Source of the DNA: Bacillota bacterium
GTDB taxonomy: Bacteria > Bacillota > Sulfobacillia > JAJZYS01 > JAILZS01
Reading direction: 5' to 3'
DNA length: 64,000 nucleotides
Assembly: GCA_023512375.1 (NCBI GenBank)
Contig: JAILZS010000003.1
Location: 27,260 to 91,259 of the forward strand
Shown: in pieces, positions 54,187 to 63,171 of the stretch
Numbering within the stretch: position 1 is the stretch's first letter
Layout of the letters: each line of letters starts with the position of its first letter
Program-made: the position numbers and the translations under genes
Notes under the pieces: generated by a model
Databases searched by the model: none
The model's input: the letters and a program-made list of their open reading frames with translations, nothing else
What the model was told of the DNA's origin: nothing

Positions 54187-54946
54187 CTTCGGTCTCCCGC
54201 TTGAGCCAGTCGTAGCCCTGCGCCTCCAGCTCCTGCGCCAGCTCCTGGCCGCCCGAACGCACGATGCGCCCACCCACCATGACGTGCACGCGGTCGGGGC
54301 GCACGTACGTGAGGATGCGCTGGTAGTGGGTGATGATGAGGAAGCCGATGTCCGGCCCGCGCAACGCCTCGACGCCGGAGGCCACCGTCCGCACGGCATC
54401 GATGTCGAGGCCCGAGTCGGGCTCGTCCAGGATGGCCAGCGACGGCCGGAGCATGGCCAGCTGCAGCATCTCCAGCCGCTTCTTCTCGCCCCCGGAGAAG
54501 CCGTCGTTCAGGTAGCGGCCGGCGAAGGCGGCGTCCAAGTCCAGGCGTGCCATCTGGGCGCGAAGCTCGCGCATGAACTCCCCCAGAGGGACGCCGCGGT
54601 CCTCCGGGTCGCGCCGCGTGCGGCGGGCGTTCACCGCGGTGCGGATGAAGTTGGCCACGCTCACGCCGGACACGGCGATCGGGTACTGGAAGGCCAAGAA
54701 GAGGCCGGCGAGGGCGCGCTCGTGCGTGGGCAGGGAGAGGATGCTGCGCCCGTCCAGGCGCACGTCGCCCCCCGTCACCTGGTAGGCCGGATGGCCCATG
54801 ATCACGTTGGAGAGCGTGCTCTTGCCGCTTCCGTTCGGTCCCATGAGGGCGTGCACCTCGCCCGAGCGCACTGTCAGGTCGACCCCCCGCAGGATGGGCG
54901 TCTCCCCCGCCTGGGCGCTCAGGTTCTCGATCTCCAGGATGGCCAT
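54173..54946 (-). CDS. sufC: Fe-S cluster assembly ATPase SufC
   Basis: Walker A GPNGSGKST, ABC signature FSGGEKKR, Walker B ILDEPDSGLD. GAGGAGGA RBS. Confidence 0.9.
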   Translation of the reverse strand: MAILEIENLSAQAGETPILRGVDLTVRSGEVHALMGPNGSGKSTLSNVIMGHPAYQVTGGDVRLDGRSILSLPTHERALAGLFLAFQYPIAVSGVSVANFIRTAVNARRTRRDPEDRGVPLGEFMRELRAQMARLDLDAAFAGRYLNDGFSGGEKKRLEMLQLAMLRPSLAILDEPDSGLDIDAVRTVASGVEALRGPDIGFLIITHYQRILTYVRPDRVHVMVGGRIVRSGGQELAQELEAQGYDWLKRETEDAAV

Positions 54947-54959
54947 GTCGTCCTCCTCG

Positions 54960-55406
54960 CTAGCGCGCCATCCGCGCCCCCGCCTCGCCCAGCGCCGGCG
55001 GGATGAGTTCGTCCAGGGTGGTGGTCTCCAACACGGTGAGGATGCTGTCGCGGATGCGGCGCCACAGGACCTGGCTCGTGCACGAGCCCTCCAGCTCGCA
55101 CAGGACGCGCCCGGCCCGCTCCCCCACCGCGCACAGCATGGGGGCGATGCCGCCCTCGAGGCCCAGCACCACCTCCGACATGCGCACCTCGGAGGGGGGA
55201 CGGGCGAGCTCGAACCCGCCCTTCTTGCCCTGACGGCTCACCACCAGGCCCGCGCGGCGAAGCGTCCCCATGATCTGCTCCAGGTAGGGGAGGGGCATGC
55301 GCTCGGCGCGCGCGATCTCCGACAGCGGCACCGGACCCTGCCCGTAGCGGCGGCCGAGGCTCACGAGAACGCGCACGCCGTACTCGCTCTTCGACGAGAA
55401 CCGCAC
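54960..55406 (-). CDS. Rrf2 family transcriptional regulator (IscR/SufR-like) heading the suf operon
   Basis: Rrf2 N-terminus VRFSSKSEYGVRVLVSLG, wHTH, and a Cys cluster (MLCAVGERAGRVLCELEGSC) consistent with Fe-S sensing. GTG start at 55406. It is only the C-terminal part of a 562-aa six-frame ORF. Confidence 0.75.
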   Translation of the reverse strand: MRFSSKSEYGVRVLVSLGRRYGQGPVPLSEIARAERMPLPYLEQIMGTLRRAGLVVSRQGKKGGFELARPPSEVRMSEVVLGLEGGIAPMLCAVGERAGRVLCELEGSCTSQVLWRRIRDSILTVLETTTLDELIPPALGEAGARMAR

Positions 55407-55522
55407 CCCACCGCCCCCCGTCCCCAACTTTGACTGCGACGGTGAACTATGACTCAGCGGATCATGTTTCATCCTACGAAGGGGCGCGCGCCCTGTCAAC
55501 GCAAGCGCGCGCCTCTCCGAGG
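55407..55522 (-). promoter_or_regulatory. candidate promoter/operator of the rrf2-suf operon containing repeated TGACT elements
   Basis: Plus-strand 55421-55460 reads tccccaactTTGACTgcgacggtgaactaTGACTCAgcgg. The repeated TGACT spaced about 20 nt apart lies immediately upstream of the Rrf2 start. Confidence 0.3.
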
Positions 55523-56248
55523 TCAGGGCAGCAAGCGGTAGACCGCCGTCACCTGGGCGGAGACGGACACGCCCTGGGGCGGCACGAGAACCGGCGCCGA
55601 CACCGCGGCGGCATGCATGAGGGCGTACGGCACCGGCGGCGACCCACCCCCTTCCGCCACCGACACGAGCGGTCCCAAGCGGTCGCCCGCCTGCGCTGCC
55701 AGCGCCTCCGCCCGGCGATGCGCGTCGGCCAGGGCGGCCGCGTCGGCCCTCGCCGCCAACGCCCCCGGGTGGGCGAGGCCGAAGGAGACGTCCTGTACCT
55801 GGTTGGCGCCGGCGCGCACGGCGGCATCGATGAGCTCGCCCGCAGCCGCCAGACGCGACGTGGTCACGACCACCAGGTCGCTCACCGTGTAACCGGTGAT
55901 CCGGGGGGACCCGGAGGGAGGGGACGTCTCGTCCGGCTGGATGGCGTAGCCCTGGGTGGCGATGTCCGCCGCCTTCGCCCCCGCCCCCTCCAGGGCCGCC
56001 ACGACGGCGGCCATGCGGCGCGCCTCGACGTCCATGGCGGCGCCGGCGGTGGAAGCGGTGACCTGGGTACCGAGGGTGATCTGGACCTGGTCCGGGGGCA
56101 TCGACAAGGCGGCGCTGCCCGTCACCGTGACGGTGCCCAGCGTCGGCGGCCCCGCCGCCCCGCTCGGCGAGCGGGCGGCCAGGACGAGGGCGGCGGCGGT
56201 CAGGGCCACGGCCCCGCCCAGGAAGAGGGGGATCCTCCTCGCGCGCAT
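55523..56248 (-). CDS. SIMPL domain (DUF541) protein, secreted/periplasmic
   Basis: N-terminal signal/TM followed by a SIMPL-type domain (ITGYTVSDLVVVTT...VSVSAQVTAVYRL). Confidence 0.7.
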   Translation of the reverse strand: MRARRIPLFLGGAVALTAAALVLAARSPSGAAGPPTLGTVTVTGSAALSMPPDQVQITLGTQVTASTAGAAMDVEARRMAAVVAALEGAGAKAADIATQGYAIQPDETSPPSGSPRITGYTVSDLVVVTTSRLAAAGELIDAAVRAGANQVQDVSFGLAHPGALAARADAAALADAHRRAEALAAQAGDRLGPLVSVAEGGGSPPVPYALMHAAAVSAPVLVPPQGVSVSAQVTAVYRLLP

Positions 56249-56316
56249 CTCCTCTCAACTCCTTCACTCGACTCGGACTGGGTCGTTCGGCCTGGCCCCC
56301 CGCCCACCCGGCGCAC

Positions 56317-56862
56317 CTATCCCGAGGGCGAGGCAGGGGATCGCGGCACGAGCCGCCACAGGCGGGGCGCACCCCCGGCGGGCGCCGCCAAGAGGGCCCT
56401 CTCCCGCCCCCGCCCGTACACGGCGAGGGGGCGCAGGCCGGAGCCGAGCGCCGCCCGCAAGGCGAGGCGCGGGTGGCCGGCGAGCCGCCGCCAACCGCGG
56501 CCGGAGGCGAGGGGGGCGCCCAAGCGGTAGAGCTGGCCCCGCCACTCGATGTCCTGCGCCGCGGCCGGCTGCACCGCGCCGGCGTATGCTCTCGGGCCGG
56601 CGGCGGGGGTAGAGAGCGCGGGCCGGTGGACGCTGGCGGCGGGCGCAAAGGCTACCCGCGCCCGGCCGACCAGAAGCCCCGCCGCCGCCGCAGCCACCGC
56701 CCCGCCCACCGCCGCCCGCCACCGCCCTGCCCGCAGGCGGGCGGCGCGGGCCGCCACGCCCTCCCAGTCAAGCGGCGGCGGTTCGACGCCGGCGAAGAAG
56801 GCGTCCACGGCCCGGGCGGCCAGCTCTTCGTCCGACGGCGCGGCGTCACGCGGCGGCCTCAT
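56317..56862 (-). CDS. putative anti-sigma factor (single-pass membrane protein) coupled to the ECF sigma gene
   Basis: Start overlaps the sigma stop. Short cytoplasmic N-domain then TM segment AAVGGAVAAAAAGLLVG. Confidence 0.45.
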   Translation of the reverse strand: MRPPRDAAPSDEELAARAVDAFFAGVEPPPLDWEGVAARAARLRAGRWRAAVGGAVAAAAAGLLVGRARVAFAPAASVHRPALSTPAAGPRAYAGAVQPAAAQDIEWRGQLYRLGAPLASGRGWRRLAGHPRLALRAALGSGLRPLAVYGRGRERALLAAPAGGAPRLWRLVPRSPASPSG

Positions 56863-57446
56863 GCCCAGTCACCTCCGTCGGGGGAGAGGGCGGAGGACGG
56901 CGGTGCCTGCGGGCGGACGTTCTCCTCCCCAGGGGCGGACGGCTCCGCCGCCAGCGCCTGCCGAAGGCACTCCCGCGCCCGCATGAGGCGGAAGCGCACC
57001 GTCGCCGGCCTGAGCCCAAGGACGCGCCCGATCTCGGCGCTGGTAAGGCCGGCGTGATAGTGCAGGACGAGCGGCAGGCGCAACGAGGGGTCGAGCTCTG
57101 CCATCGCCCGGCGCAGGTCCACCTGTCCCGCCACGTCGGACTCGGCTGCCTCTACCTCCTCCGCCGCCTCCACCGCGCGCCGGCGCGAGGTCCGGCGCAT
57201 CTCCTGGATGGCGGCGTTCACCGCCAGGCGGTACAGCCAGGTGCGGAAGGCGTCGGGACGGCGCAGGCCGCCGATGCCGACCACAAGGCGCGCGCATGCC
57301 TCCTGCGCCGCGTCCTCCGCCGCCGCCCGGTCCCGCACGACGCTCCAGGCGGCGCGGTAGGCGTAGGGCCACGCCGCCCCCACCAGGCGGCGCAGCGCCG
57401 CCCCGTCGCCCGCGCGCGCCGCCCGCACGTCGCCCTCGTCCACCTC
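56859..57446 (-). CDS. ECF-type RNA polymerase sigma-70 family factor
   Basis: Region 2 (AQEACARLVVGIGGLRRPDAFRTWLYRLAVNAAI) and region 4 HTH (LTSAEIGRVLGLRPATVRFRLMRARECL). Start placed at GTG 57446. Confidence 0.75.
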   Translation of the reverse strand, partial: EVDEGDVRAARAGDGAALRRLVGAAWPYAYRAAWSVVRDRAAAEDAAQEACARLVVGIGGLRRPDAFRTWLYRLAVNAAIQEMRRTSRRRAVEAAEEVEAAESDVAGQVDLRRAMAELDPSLRLPLVLHYHAGLTSAEIGRVLGLRPATVRFRLMRARECLRQALAAEPSAPGEENVRPQAPPSSALSPDGGDWA

Positions 57447-57524
57447 CACTCCCCCGTCCTCCCCCCTCCCGATGGACGCGCGGCGCAGGCAATGTGTTGG
57501 CGGCAAGGACGTCCTCGTCGGCCC

Positions 57525-57866
57525 CTACGGCGATCCCGAGCCCTCGCCCGACCCCTGCGCCGCCTGCAAGAGGGCCTGCACCCGCTGCCGGAAGGCGGGA
57601 CGGCGCAGATACCGCGCCACGAGGGCGAGAAGGACGCGCTCCGCCAAGCCCCCCTCGCCCGGCCCCTCGGGATCGAACAGGTCGCCCGCCACGTCGGCGA
57701 CGACCTCCGCGAGCAGCGCCTCCCCCGCCTCGGAGCGCAGAAAGGCGCGGACCCAGCCCTCCAGGAGCGGCTCGCCGTGGCGCAGGATGCGGCGGGCCAA
57801 CGCGGCCTCGAGGCGCCGGCCCACACCGCCGCCGAGCCCTCCCGTCCCGCCTCCGTCGCGCGCCAT
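57525..57866 (-). CDS. hypothetical protein (113 aa)
   Basis: ORF only, no recognisable motif. Could be a GC-frame artefact. Confidence 0.2.
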   Translation of the reverse strand: MARDGGGTGGLGGGVGRRLEAALARRILRHGEPLLEGWVRAFLRSEAGEALLAEVVADVAGDLFDPEGPGEGGLAERVLLALVARYLRRPAFRQRVQALLQAAQGSGEGSGSP

Positions 57867-58129
57867 GCCCTACCGGTGCGGGGCGCACGGCGCGCGGCGA
57901 GGGCATTCGTCGCCCATGCACCGCCCTCCCCTGCGCCAGGATCCCGCCGCAGATCGCCCGCGCCGCCCTCCCCGGGCGCCTGCGCCAGCGCCGTCGCTTC
58001 CCCGCAGTTCCGCGCCAAGCATAACACCGTGCCGCAGTCCCCCGCCCGCCCCCTGGCGGCGGCCGCCGCATCGCCCCGGCGTCCCTCGACGTTCGGGCCC
58101 TTCTCCCCTACACTCGCCTCGACCGGACG

Positions 58130-59074
58130 GTGCGAGAGGGGTTGGGTCCGACGGGCGATCCCTTGCGATATGTGGGCGGCCGCATCGACGTTCCGGGGGT
58201 GCGGGTGGGAACGTGGACCGATGCCGACGCCCGTACGGGTGTCACCGTGCTGCTCCTGCCCGAAGGCACGCGGGGAGCCGTGGACGTCGCCGGGGGCGGA
58301 CCGGCCACGCGGGAGACCGATGCCCTGCGGCCCGACAACCTGGTGCCGGGACCCCACGCCCTGGTCCTCACCGGCGGCAGCGCCCTCGGCCTGGCAGCCG
58401 CGGACGGGGTGGTGCGCCTCTTGCGGGAGCGCGGCGTAGGGGTGGCGGTCGGCGGTGTGCGCGTTCCCGTCGTCGCGGCGGCGGCCATCTTCGACCTTGC
58501 CGTGGGCGCCCCGCGCTCCCCGGGGCCGGACGAAGGGGCGGCGGCCGCGGCCGCCGCCGTGGAGCACGACGTGCCCGAGGGACAGGCGGGGGCAGGCACC
58601 GGGGCCACCGTGGGTAAGCTCTTCCCCCCGCCCCATGCTCCCGGCGGGCAAGGGGCGGTGACGCTTATCACCCCCGACGGCCTGCGGGTGGCCGCCTTGG
58701 CGGTGGTGAACGCGGTGGGCGTCGTCCTGGACGAGGTCGGACGGCCCCTGGCAGGTGGGCGGTCGGCGGACGGTACACCCCTGGACCCGCTCGCACCCCT
58801 GGCCGCCGACGCCCGCGCCCTGGGCGGCGGCCACACGACGCTGGCGGCCGTGGTCACCGACGCGAGCCTCGACAAGGCCGCTCTGGCGCGGGTGGCCCGC
58901 ATGGCGCAGGCAGGGATGGCGCGGGCCATCGAACCCGTGCACACGCTGTGGGACGGCGACGCCGTCTTCGCCCTGGCCACCGGCGCGGGCAAAAGCGCCG
59001 ATCCAAGCCGCGTGGGGGCGCTCGCGGCCCGCGCCCTCACCCTCGCCATCCGGCGGGCCGTCCTGTCCGCCTGA
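58130..59074 (+). CDS. P1/S58 family peptidase (DmpA / L-aminopeptidase D-Ala-esterase-amidase type)
   Basis: DmpA-like N-terminus (IDVPGVRVGTWTD), self-processing Gly-Ser/Thr-type site region (GAGTGATVGK) and conserved C-terminal core. Confidence 0.7.
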   Translation: MREGLGPTGDPLRYVGGRIDVPGVRVGTWTDADARTGVTVLLLPEGTRGAVDVAGGGPATRETDALRPDNLVPGPHALVLTGGSALGLAAADGVVRLLRERGVGVAVGGVRVPVVAAAAIFDLAVGAPRSPGPDEGAAAAAAAVEHDVPEGQAGAGTGATVGKLFPPPHAPGGQGAVTLITPDGLRVAALAVVNAVGVVLDEVGRPLAGGRSADGTPLDPLAPLAADARALGGGHTTLAAVVTDASLDKAALARVARMAQAGMARAIEPVHTLWDGDAVFALATGAGKSADPSRVGALAARALTLAIRRAVLSA

Positions 59075-59376
59075 CAGGCATACGACCGCGCCCAACTCCC
59101 CCAGGCGTCCACCCGGAGGGCAGGGAGGAGAGGGCAGGGGACACGCGGTCGGGTACGTTCCGGCGAGGCACCCGGCTGCCGGGCGGAGAGGTCGCTCGGA
59201 TCGTACCCTCGGCTCGGGGCTCGGCCCGAGCGATGCGCTCTTGCACCGCCGGTCTCAGCCTTGGGAGGCAAGGCGACCATGCCGATATGGGCGAAGCGCT
59301 ACGGGCAGCGGTCGACAGCCAGCGGGGGCGTGCCGTCCTCCATCAGGCGGATCGCCCCCGCGGGCCCAGCGATCGA

Positions 59377-60183
59377 TCACGAAGGGCGCACGATGAGCCG
59401 GCCGTACATGCCCGCTCGGGCGTGGCCCGGATATGTGCACAGGTAGGTGTACGTGCCGGCCGCCTGGGCAACAAACGCGGTCGCCGCGCTGGGCGATGCG
59501 CTCGTTGTCGCGGGCGGCATGAGGGGCGTTGCGGCGCCCGGAAAGGCCAGCGGCGCCTGCATCATGGCCATGTACGAAAACGGCGGCCCGGCCGGCGTGA
59601 CGACCAGATTGTGGTACATGCCCGTGTCCGCGTTGACGAGCGTCAGGTGGACCGCGGCTCCCACCGGCACGACGACCGTCGGGTTCACGAGGCCGGCGAT
59701 CCGAAACGTCTCGTCCCGCTGCCCGGACGGGCTGGCGACGACGACGAGGGTCACGGCCCGGCTGGCGAACACGACGCGGTTGGCGCTGGGGTCTACGGTC
59801 GCGCCGCTCGGGGCCGAGTCGCCGAGGGCGGCCACGCGCGCCGCGGGCACGGATCGCTCGGAGTAGGCGTAGGCGCCGTAGGCGCCCATCATGCCGTATC
59901 CGTATCCATTCCCATATCCGCCCATCTTCCCCGGTCCTGGCCCCGGCCCGGATCCGTATCCCCATCCGTAGCCGCCGCGCGCGCCGCCGACCGGCGCAGA
60001 GGCGCCCGCGCGCGTCGCCGCCCCCGGCCGCCAGAAAGGACACCACCGGGTCCAACTTGCCGCGGGGCCACCCGTCCCGGCCGCCGCTTGCATCGCCCCG
60101 GCGGCGCCGATGACGGCCGCTATGCCGAACGCTGCCACGCCGACCACTTTCCACCCGCCCATCTTCCAGGTCACGCCATCCAC
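59377..60183 (-). CDS. cupredoxin-like type-1 copper protein with N-terminal membrane anchor and Gly/Tyr-rich linker
   Basis: C-terminal CTYPGHARAGMYG (Cys...His...Met type-1 copper ligands, with an upstream His in MYHNLVV). N-terminal TM. Low-complexity GGYGWGYGSGPGPGPGKMGGYGNGYGYGMMGAYGAYAY segment. Confidence 0.65.
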   Translation of the reverse strand: MDGVTWKMGGWKVVGVAAFGIAAVIGAAGAMQAAAGTGGPAASWTRWCPFWRPGAATRAGASAPVGGARGGYGWGYGSGPGPGPGKMGGYGNGYGYGMMGAYGAYAYSERSVPAARVAALGDSAPSGATVDPSANRVVFASRAVTLVVVASPSGQRDETFRIAGLVNPTVVVPVGAAVHLTLVNADTGMYHNLVVTPAGPPFSYMAMMQAPLAFPGAATPLMPPATTSASPSAATAFVAQAAGTYTYLCTYPGHARAGMYGRLIVRPS

Positions 60184-60231
60184 CCTCTCCCCATCGACCG
60201 ATCCGATCTGGGGCCGCGCCCTCCCTGCCCG

Positions 60232-60474
60232 TCAACGCGGCCGCTCGGTCAGGTCGGCGCGCATCTTGAGGAACTCGTCACGCGTGAGCTCGCCCTTGGC
60301 GTACCGTCGCTCGAGGAGCGTGAGCGCATCGCCGTCGTCCCGCGCCCGACCCGGCGGCGACGCCCACCACAAGCGAAGCAGATAGGCCACAGCAACCAGC
60401 ACCGCCAGCCAGAACAAGAACATGCCGATCGGACCGACCCAGCCCCACGGTCCCCCGAAGTACCCCCACATCAT
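60232..60474 (-). CDS. SHOCT domain membrane protein
   Basis: Two-TM N-terminus then LLERRYAKGELTRDEFLKMRADL, matching the SHOCT (short C-terminal) domain signature. Confidence 0.65.
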   Translation of the reverse strand: MMWGYFGGPWGWVGPIGMFLFWLAVLVAVAYLLRLWWASPPGRARDDGDALTLLERRYAKGELTRDEFLKMRADLTERPR

Positions 60475-60684
60475 CCGGCATCCTCCCCTTCGCGCCCAAG
60501 TGTACGCGGCCGGCCTCCGGCGACGGTTCAGCCCCTCTCAGGGTGGGCGCACGCCTGGCTCAAGACTCCGTTCAGTCCGCCCGCGTGCGCGCCGCGATGC
60601 GCTCGCGGCGTGGCTGCGGGCGTCCGTGGCACGGAACGATGCGGGCTCCGGCCCGCACCGACGAGTCGAGCGCGTTGGGACCGG

Positions 60685-60885
60685 CTAGGGTGCCGCGATG
60701 ACGACACCCACCACCAACACCAGCAAGCCGGCGGTCCAGCGAAGCGGCTGGCGAGCGCGTGCGAAGGCATGCCCGACGGCCTGAAGAACGCGCCGGTGCG
60801 TAGCGGTCAGGCCTACGCCCAAGACCGGGGTGAGATAGAACAAGTTGTACAGGAGCAGCGCTCCGACGGCCTCCGGCCGCGGCAA
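60685..60885 (-). CDS. small hydrophobic ORF (66 aa), possibly the 3' remnant of a gene interrupted by the IS607-family insertion
   Basis: TTG start. The in-frame stop upstream (TAA 60907-60909) coincides with the inferred IS left boundary. Confidence 0.25.
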   Translation of the reverse strand: MPRPEAVGALLLYNLFYLTPVLGVGLTATHRRVLQAVGHAFARARQPLRWTAGLLVLVVGVVIAAP

Positions 60886-60953
60886 GGGCGCGATCGCGGC
60901 GAGGACTTACACTTTGACTGGACTTAGTAGGCTAAATCTCGTACCATGGTCTC

Positions 60954-61586
60954 ATGGATGATTTTGTCAGCATCGCGGAGGCGCGGCGGCGTCTTGGGGT
61001 GTCATCCCGCACGTTGCGGCGGTGGGATGCGCAAGGCGTCCTCCAGACCATTCGTAGCCCGGGCGGGCGCCGGATGTTCAGCTTGGAGTCGATCAGCCGC
61101 CTGGCTGGAGAGCGAAGCGGCCAAAACCGGGCCGTCATCTATGCTCGGGTGTCGTCCATCAAGCAGAAGCGAGACGGCAACCTGGACCGGCAAAGAGAAC
61201 GCCTTCTGAACGCAGCCAAGGAACGAGGCTATCGCATTGTCGAGGTGATCGCGGAACAAGCGTCGGGCATCAATGAGAAACGGCGCGGACTGCGCCGCAT
61301 CTTCCGTTTGGCGGAAGACAGCAAGATCGACATCGTGCTGATCGAGTTCCGTGATCGTTTGGCTCGGTTTGGATACAGCTACATCGAAACGTATCTTTCC
61401 GCCCGTAAGGTTCGCGTCGTGTGCCTCGACGATGCTCCACCAGCTTCTACAGAAAGCGAGCTTACGCGCGACCTTATCACCATCATTACGGTGTTCTCTG
61501 CACGGCTCTACGGACAGCGCAGTCGCGGCTTTCGCAAGAAAGTGACCGATGTGATCCATGAGCACCACGCGGCGATCAGAGGGTAG
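60954..61586 (+). CDS. tnpA: IS607-family transposase TnpA (serine recombinase with N-terminal MerR-like HTH)
   Basis: N-terminal MerR-type HTH (VSIAEARRRLGVSSRTLRRWDAQGVL) and resolvase catalytic domain with the Ser nucleophile region (AVIYARVSSIKQK). Confidence 0.85.
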   Translation: MDDFVSIAEARRRLGVSSRTLRRWDAQGVLQTIRSPGGRRMFSLESISRLAGERSGQNRAVIYARVSSIKQKRDGNLDRQRERLLNAAKERGYRIVEVIAEQASGINEKRRGLRRIFRLAEDSKIDIVLIEFRDRLARFGYSYIETYLSARKVRVVCLDDAPPASTESELTRDLITIITVFSARLYGQRSRGFRKKVTDVIHEHHAAIRG

Positions 61587-61590
61587 ATGC

Positions 61591-63171
61591 ATGGGGCAGG
61601 TCCAAGCTGTACGCACCATGATCCTTCCCTTGTGGGGGCCGAACGGCGTCAAGAACGAGGCGCTTGAACGAACTCAGGCTCTGTTCGAGAAGATCGTCGC
61701 GTTCTACATCCCCGTCCTCAGGCAGGAGGGAGGCCTATGGGCCAAGGTTCCCAAGCGAGACAAGGAGACGCGAGCGATCCTCTTCGACCCCGAAACCGGC
61801 GAGATCAAGATGCGCGCCCCCACCGCCGACGACGTGCTGACGAGGGCAGAAGCCATCACGGTGAAGACCAAGGCCCACCCGGACCCGCCCTACGATCTTT
61901 CGGCGGTGCCCGGGGCGGCTAAGGCTCCCGTCGTGTTCCGGCGGGCCGCGATCAAGCGCGCCATCGGGCTTGTGCAGGCGTATCGCTCGAACCTTGCCCG
62001 CTGGGAGCGCCGGGGGCGAAGGGGCCGGATGCCTGGGATGCCAACGGTGGAGCGATTCCCCGTCACGATCTACCAAGGCCTGGGCTTCATCGTGCGGGGG
62101 CCTCTGCGTTCCTTCCTGAAGGTGAAGCTGTGGAACGGGGCCAAGTGGGACTGGTTTGAGATCCCGGTGCGCATTCCCGAACGCGCCGCTACGCTCCTGG
62201 CGGCGTCAGAGGCCACCCGCGCAAGGATGGAGGCGGTGCTGAGCGCGGCCCGTGCCCTCGAACGGGAGGGGCGCACAGAGAAAGCCCAGGCGGTGCGCGA
62301 AGAGCTCAAGCCGCTGCCATGGGAGATCGCCCAGGCGTCGGCCACGCTCTACCGGCACGCTGACGGATGGGCTGTGCACGTGCCGTTCGTGCGCACAGTG
62401 CCAGTGCAAAAGGCGGAGAATCAACGCGAGGCCAACCCGGGGCTGGCGATCACAACCGTGGATCTGGGAGAGAACAATCTCGCTGCTGCGGCTTCCTGGA
62501 AGGGGCGCAAGGTCACAGGCACGCTCTTCGTTCCCGGTAGGGAGCACGAGGCGCGGCGCATGCGGCGGCTTTCAGCGATCCGGCGTCGGCAGACGGCGTC
62601 CGGCAAGCCGATCAAGGGCGTGCGGTCGAACAAACGGCGCTGGGTCAGGTTGGCCCAAGCCGAAGAGGACACCGCCCGCAAGACCGCACGCGCCATCGTA
62701 GACTTCGCCAAGGCACATGGCTCCAAGGTGATCGTCTTCGAGGCGCTGAACCGGATGCCTGGCACCCGGCGCATGGGGTGGACAAGGCGCCAGAACCTGC
62801 GCCGGTCCTGGTGGATCCGAGGGAAGATCCTGGAGTTCGTCCGGGAGATGGCCCTTTGGGAGGGCATCTTGGTCGTGCGGCGCGATCCGGCGTTCACGTC
62901 CAAGGCGTGCCCGCGCTGTGGCACATACGGGGAGAGGTTCTCCCAGCGTGCGCATGGGCGGGGGCCACGCCACACCTTCCACTGCCCTGCGTGCGGCTGG
63001 GAAGGGAACGCCGACCTTGTGGGCGCACTCAACCTGAAGAAGAAGTGGGATCGGACATTCCCACCGCTTGGGCCGCTCATGGCCGCGGCCAAGGAAGCGA
63101 GGAAGACCCAAACCGCTCCCGCCGGATTGGGGGATAAGGGAGCGGTGGGATGTGCGGCTAACGCCGGCTGA
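61591..63171 (+). CDS. tnpB: TnpB (OrfB) RNA-guided endonuclease-like protein, IS605/IS607 family
   Basis: RuvC-like split motifs (TVDLGENNLAAAA; VIVFEALN; the C-terminal D/E region) and a CPRCG...CPACG zinc finger. ATG 61591 directly follows the tnpA stop. Confidence 0.85.
   Translation: MGQVQAVRTMILPLWGPNGVKNEALERTQALFEKIVAFYIPVLRQEGGLWAKVPKRDKETRAILFDPETGEIKMRAPTADDVLTRAEAITVKTKAHPDPPYDLSAVPGAAKAPVVFRRAAIKRAIGLVQAYRSNLARWERRGRRGRMPGMPTVERFPVTIYQGLGFIVRGPLRSFLKVKLWNGAKWDWFEIPVRIPERAATLLAASEATRARMEAVLSAARALEREGRTEKAQAVREELKPLPWEIAQASATLYRHADGWAVHVPFVRTVPVQKAENQREANPGLAITTVDLGENNLAAAASWKGRKVTGTLFVPGREHEARRMRRLSAIRRRQTASGKPIKGVRSNKRRWVRLAQAEEDTARKTARAIVDFAKAHGSKVIVFEALNRMPGTRRMGWTRRQNLRRSWWIRGKILEFVREMALWEGILVVRRDPAFTSKACPRCGTYGERFSQRAHGRGPRHTFHCPACGWEGNADLVGALNLKKKWDRTFPPLGPLMAAAKEARKTQTAPAGLGDKGAVGCAANAG

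Noticed and set aside
54960-56648. 562-aa minus-strand ORF
   Set aside because: Only the last 148 aa (Rrf2 regulator) are credible. The remainder overlaps the SIMPL gene in another frame and is Gly/Arg-rich.
57218-59095. 625-aa antisense ORF
   Set aside because: Antisense to the DmpA gene and the ECF-sigma upstream region. No motifs.
60475-60690. Possible tRNA or small RNA in the non-coding stretch between the SHOCT gene and the small ORF
   Set aside because: No T-loop (GGTTCGANTCC-like) or cloverleaf-compatible pairing found. Only a degenerate GGTTCAGCCCC fragment.
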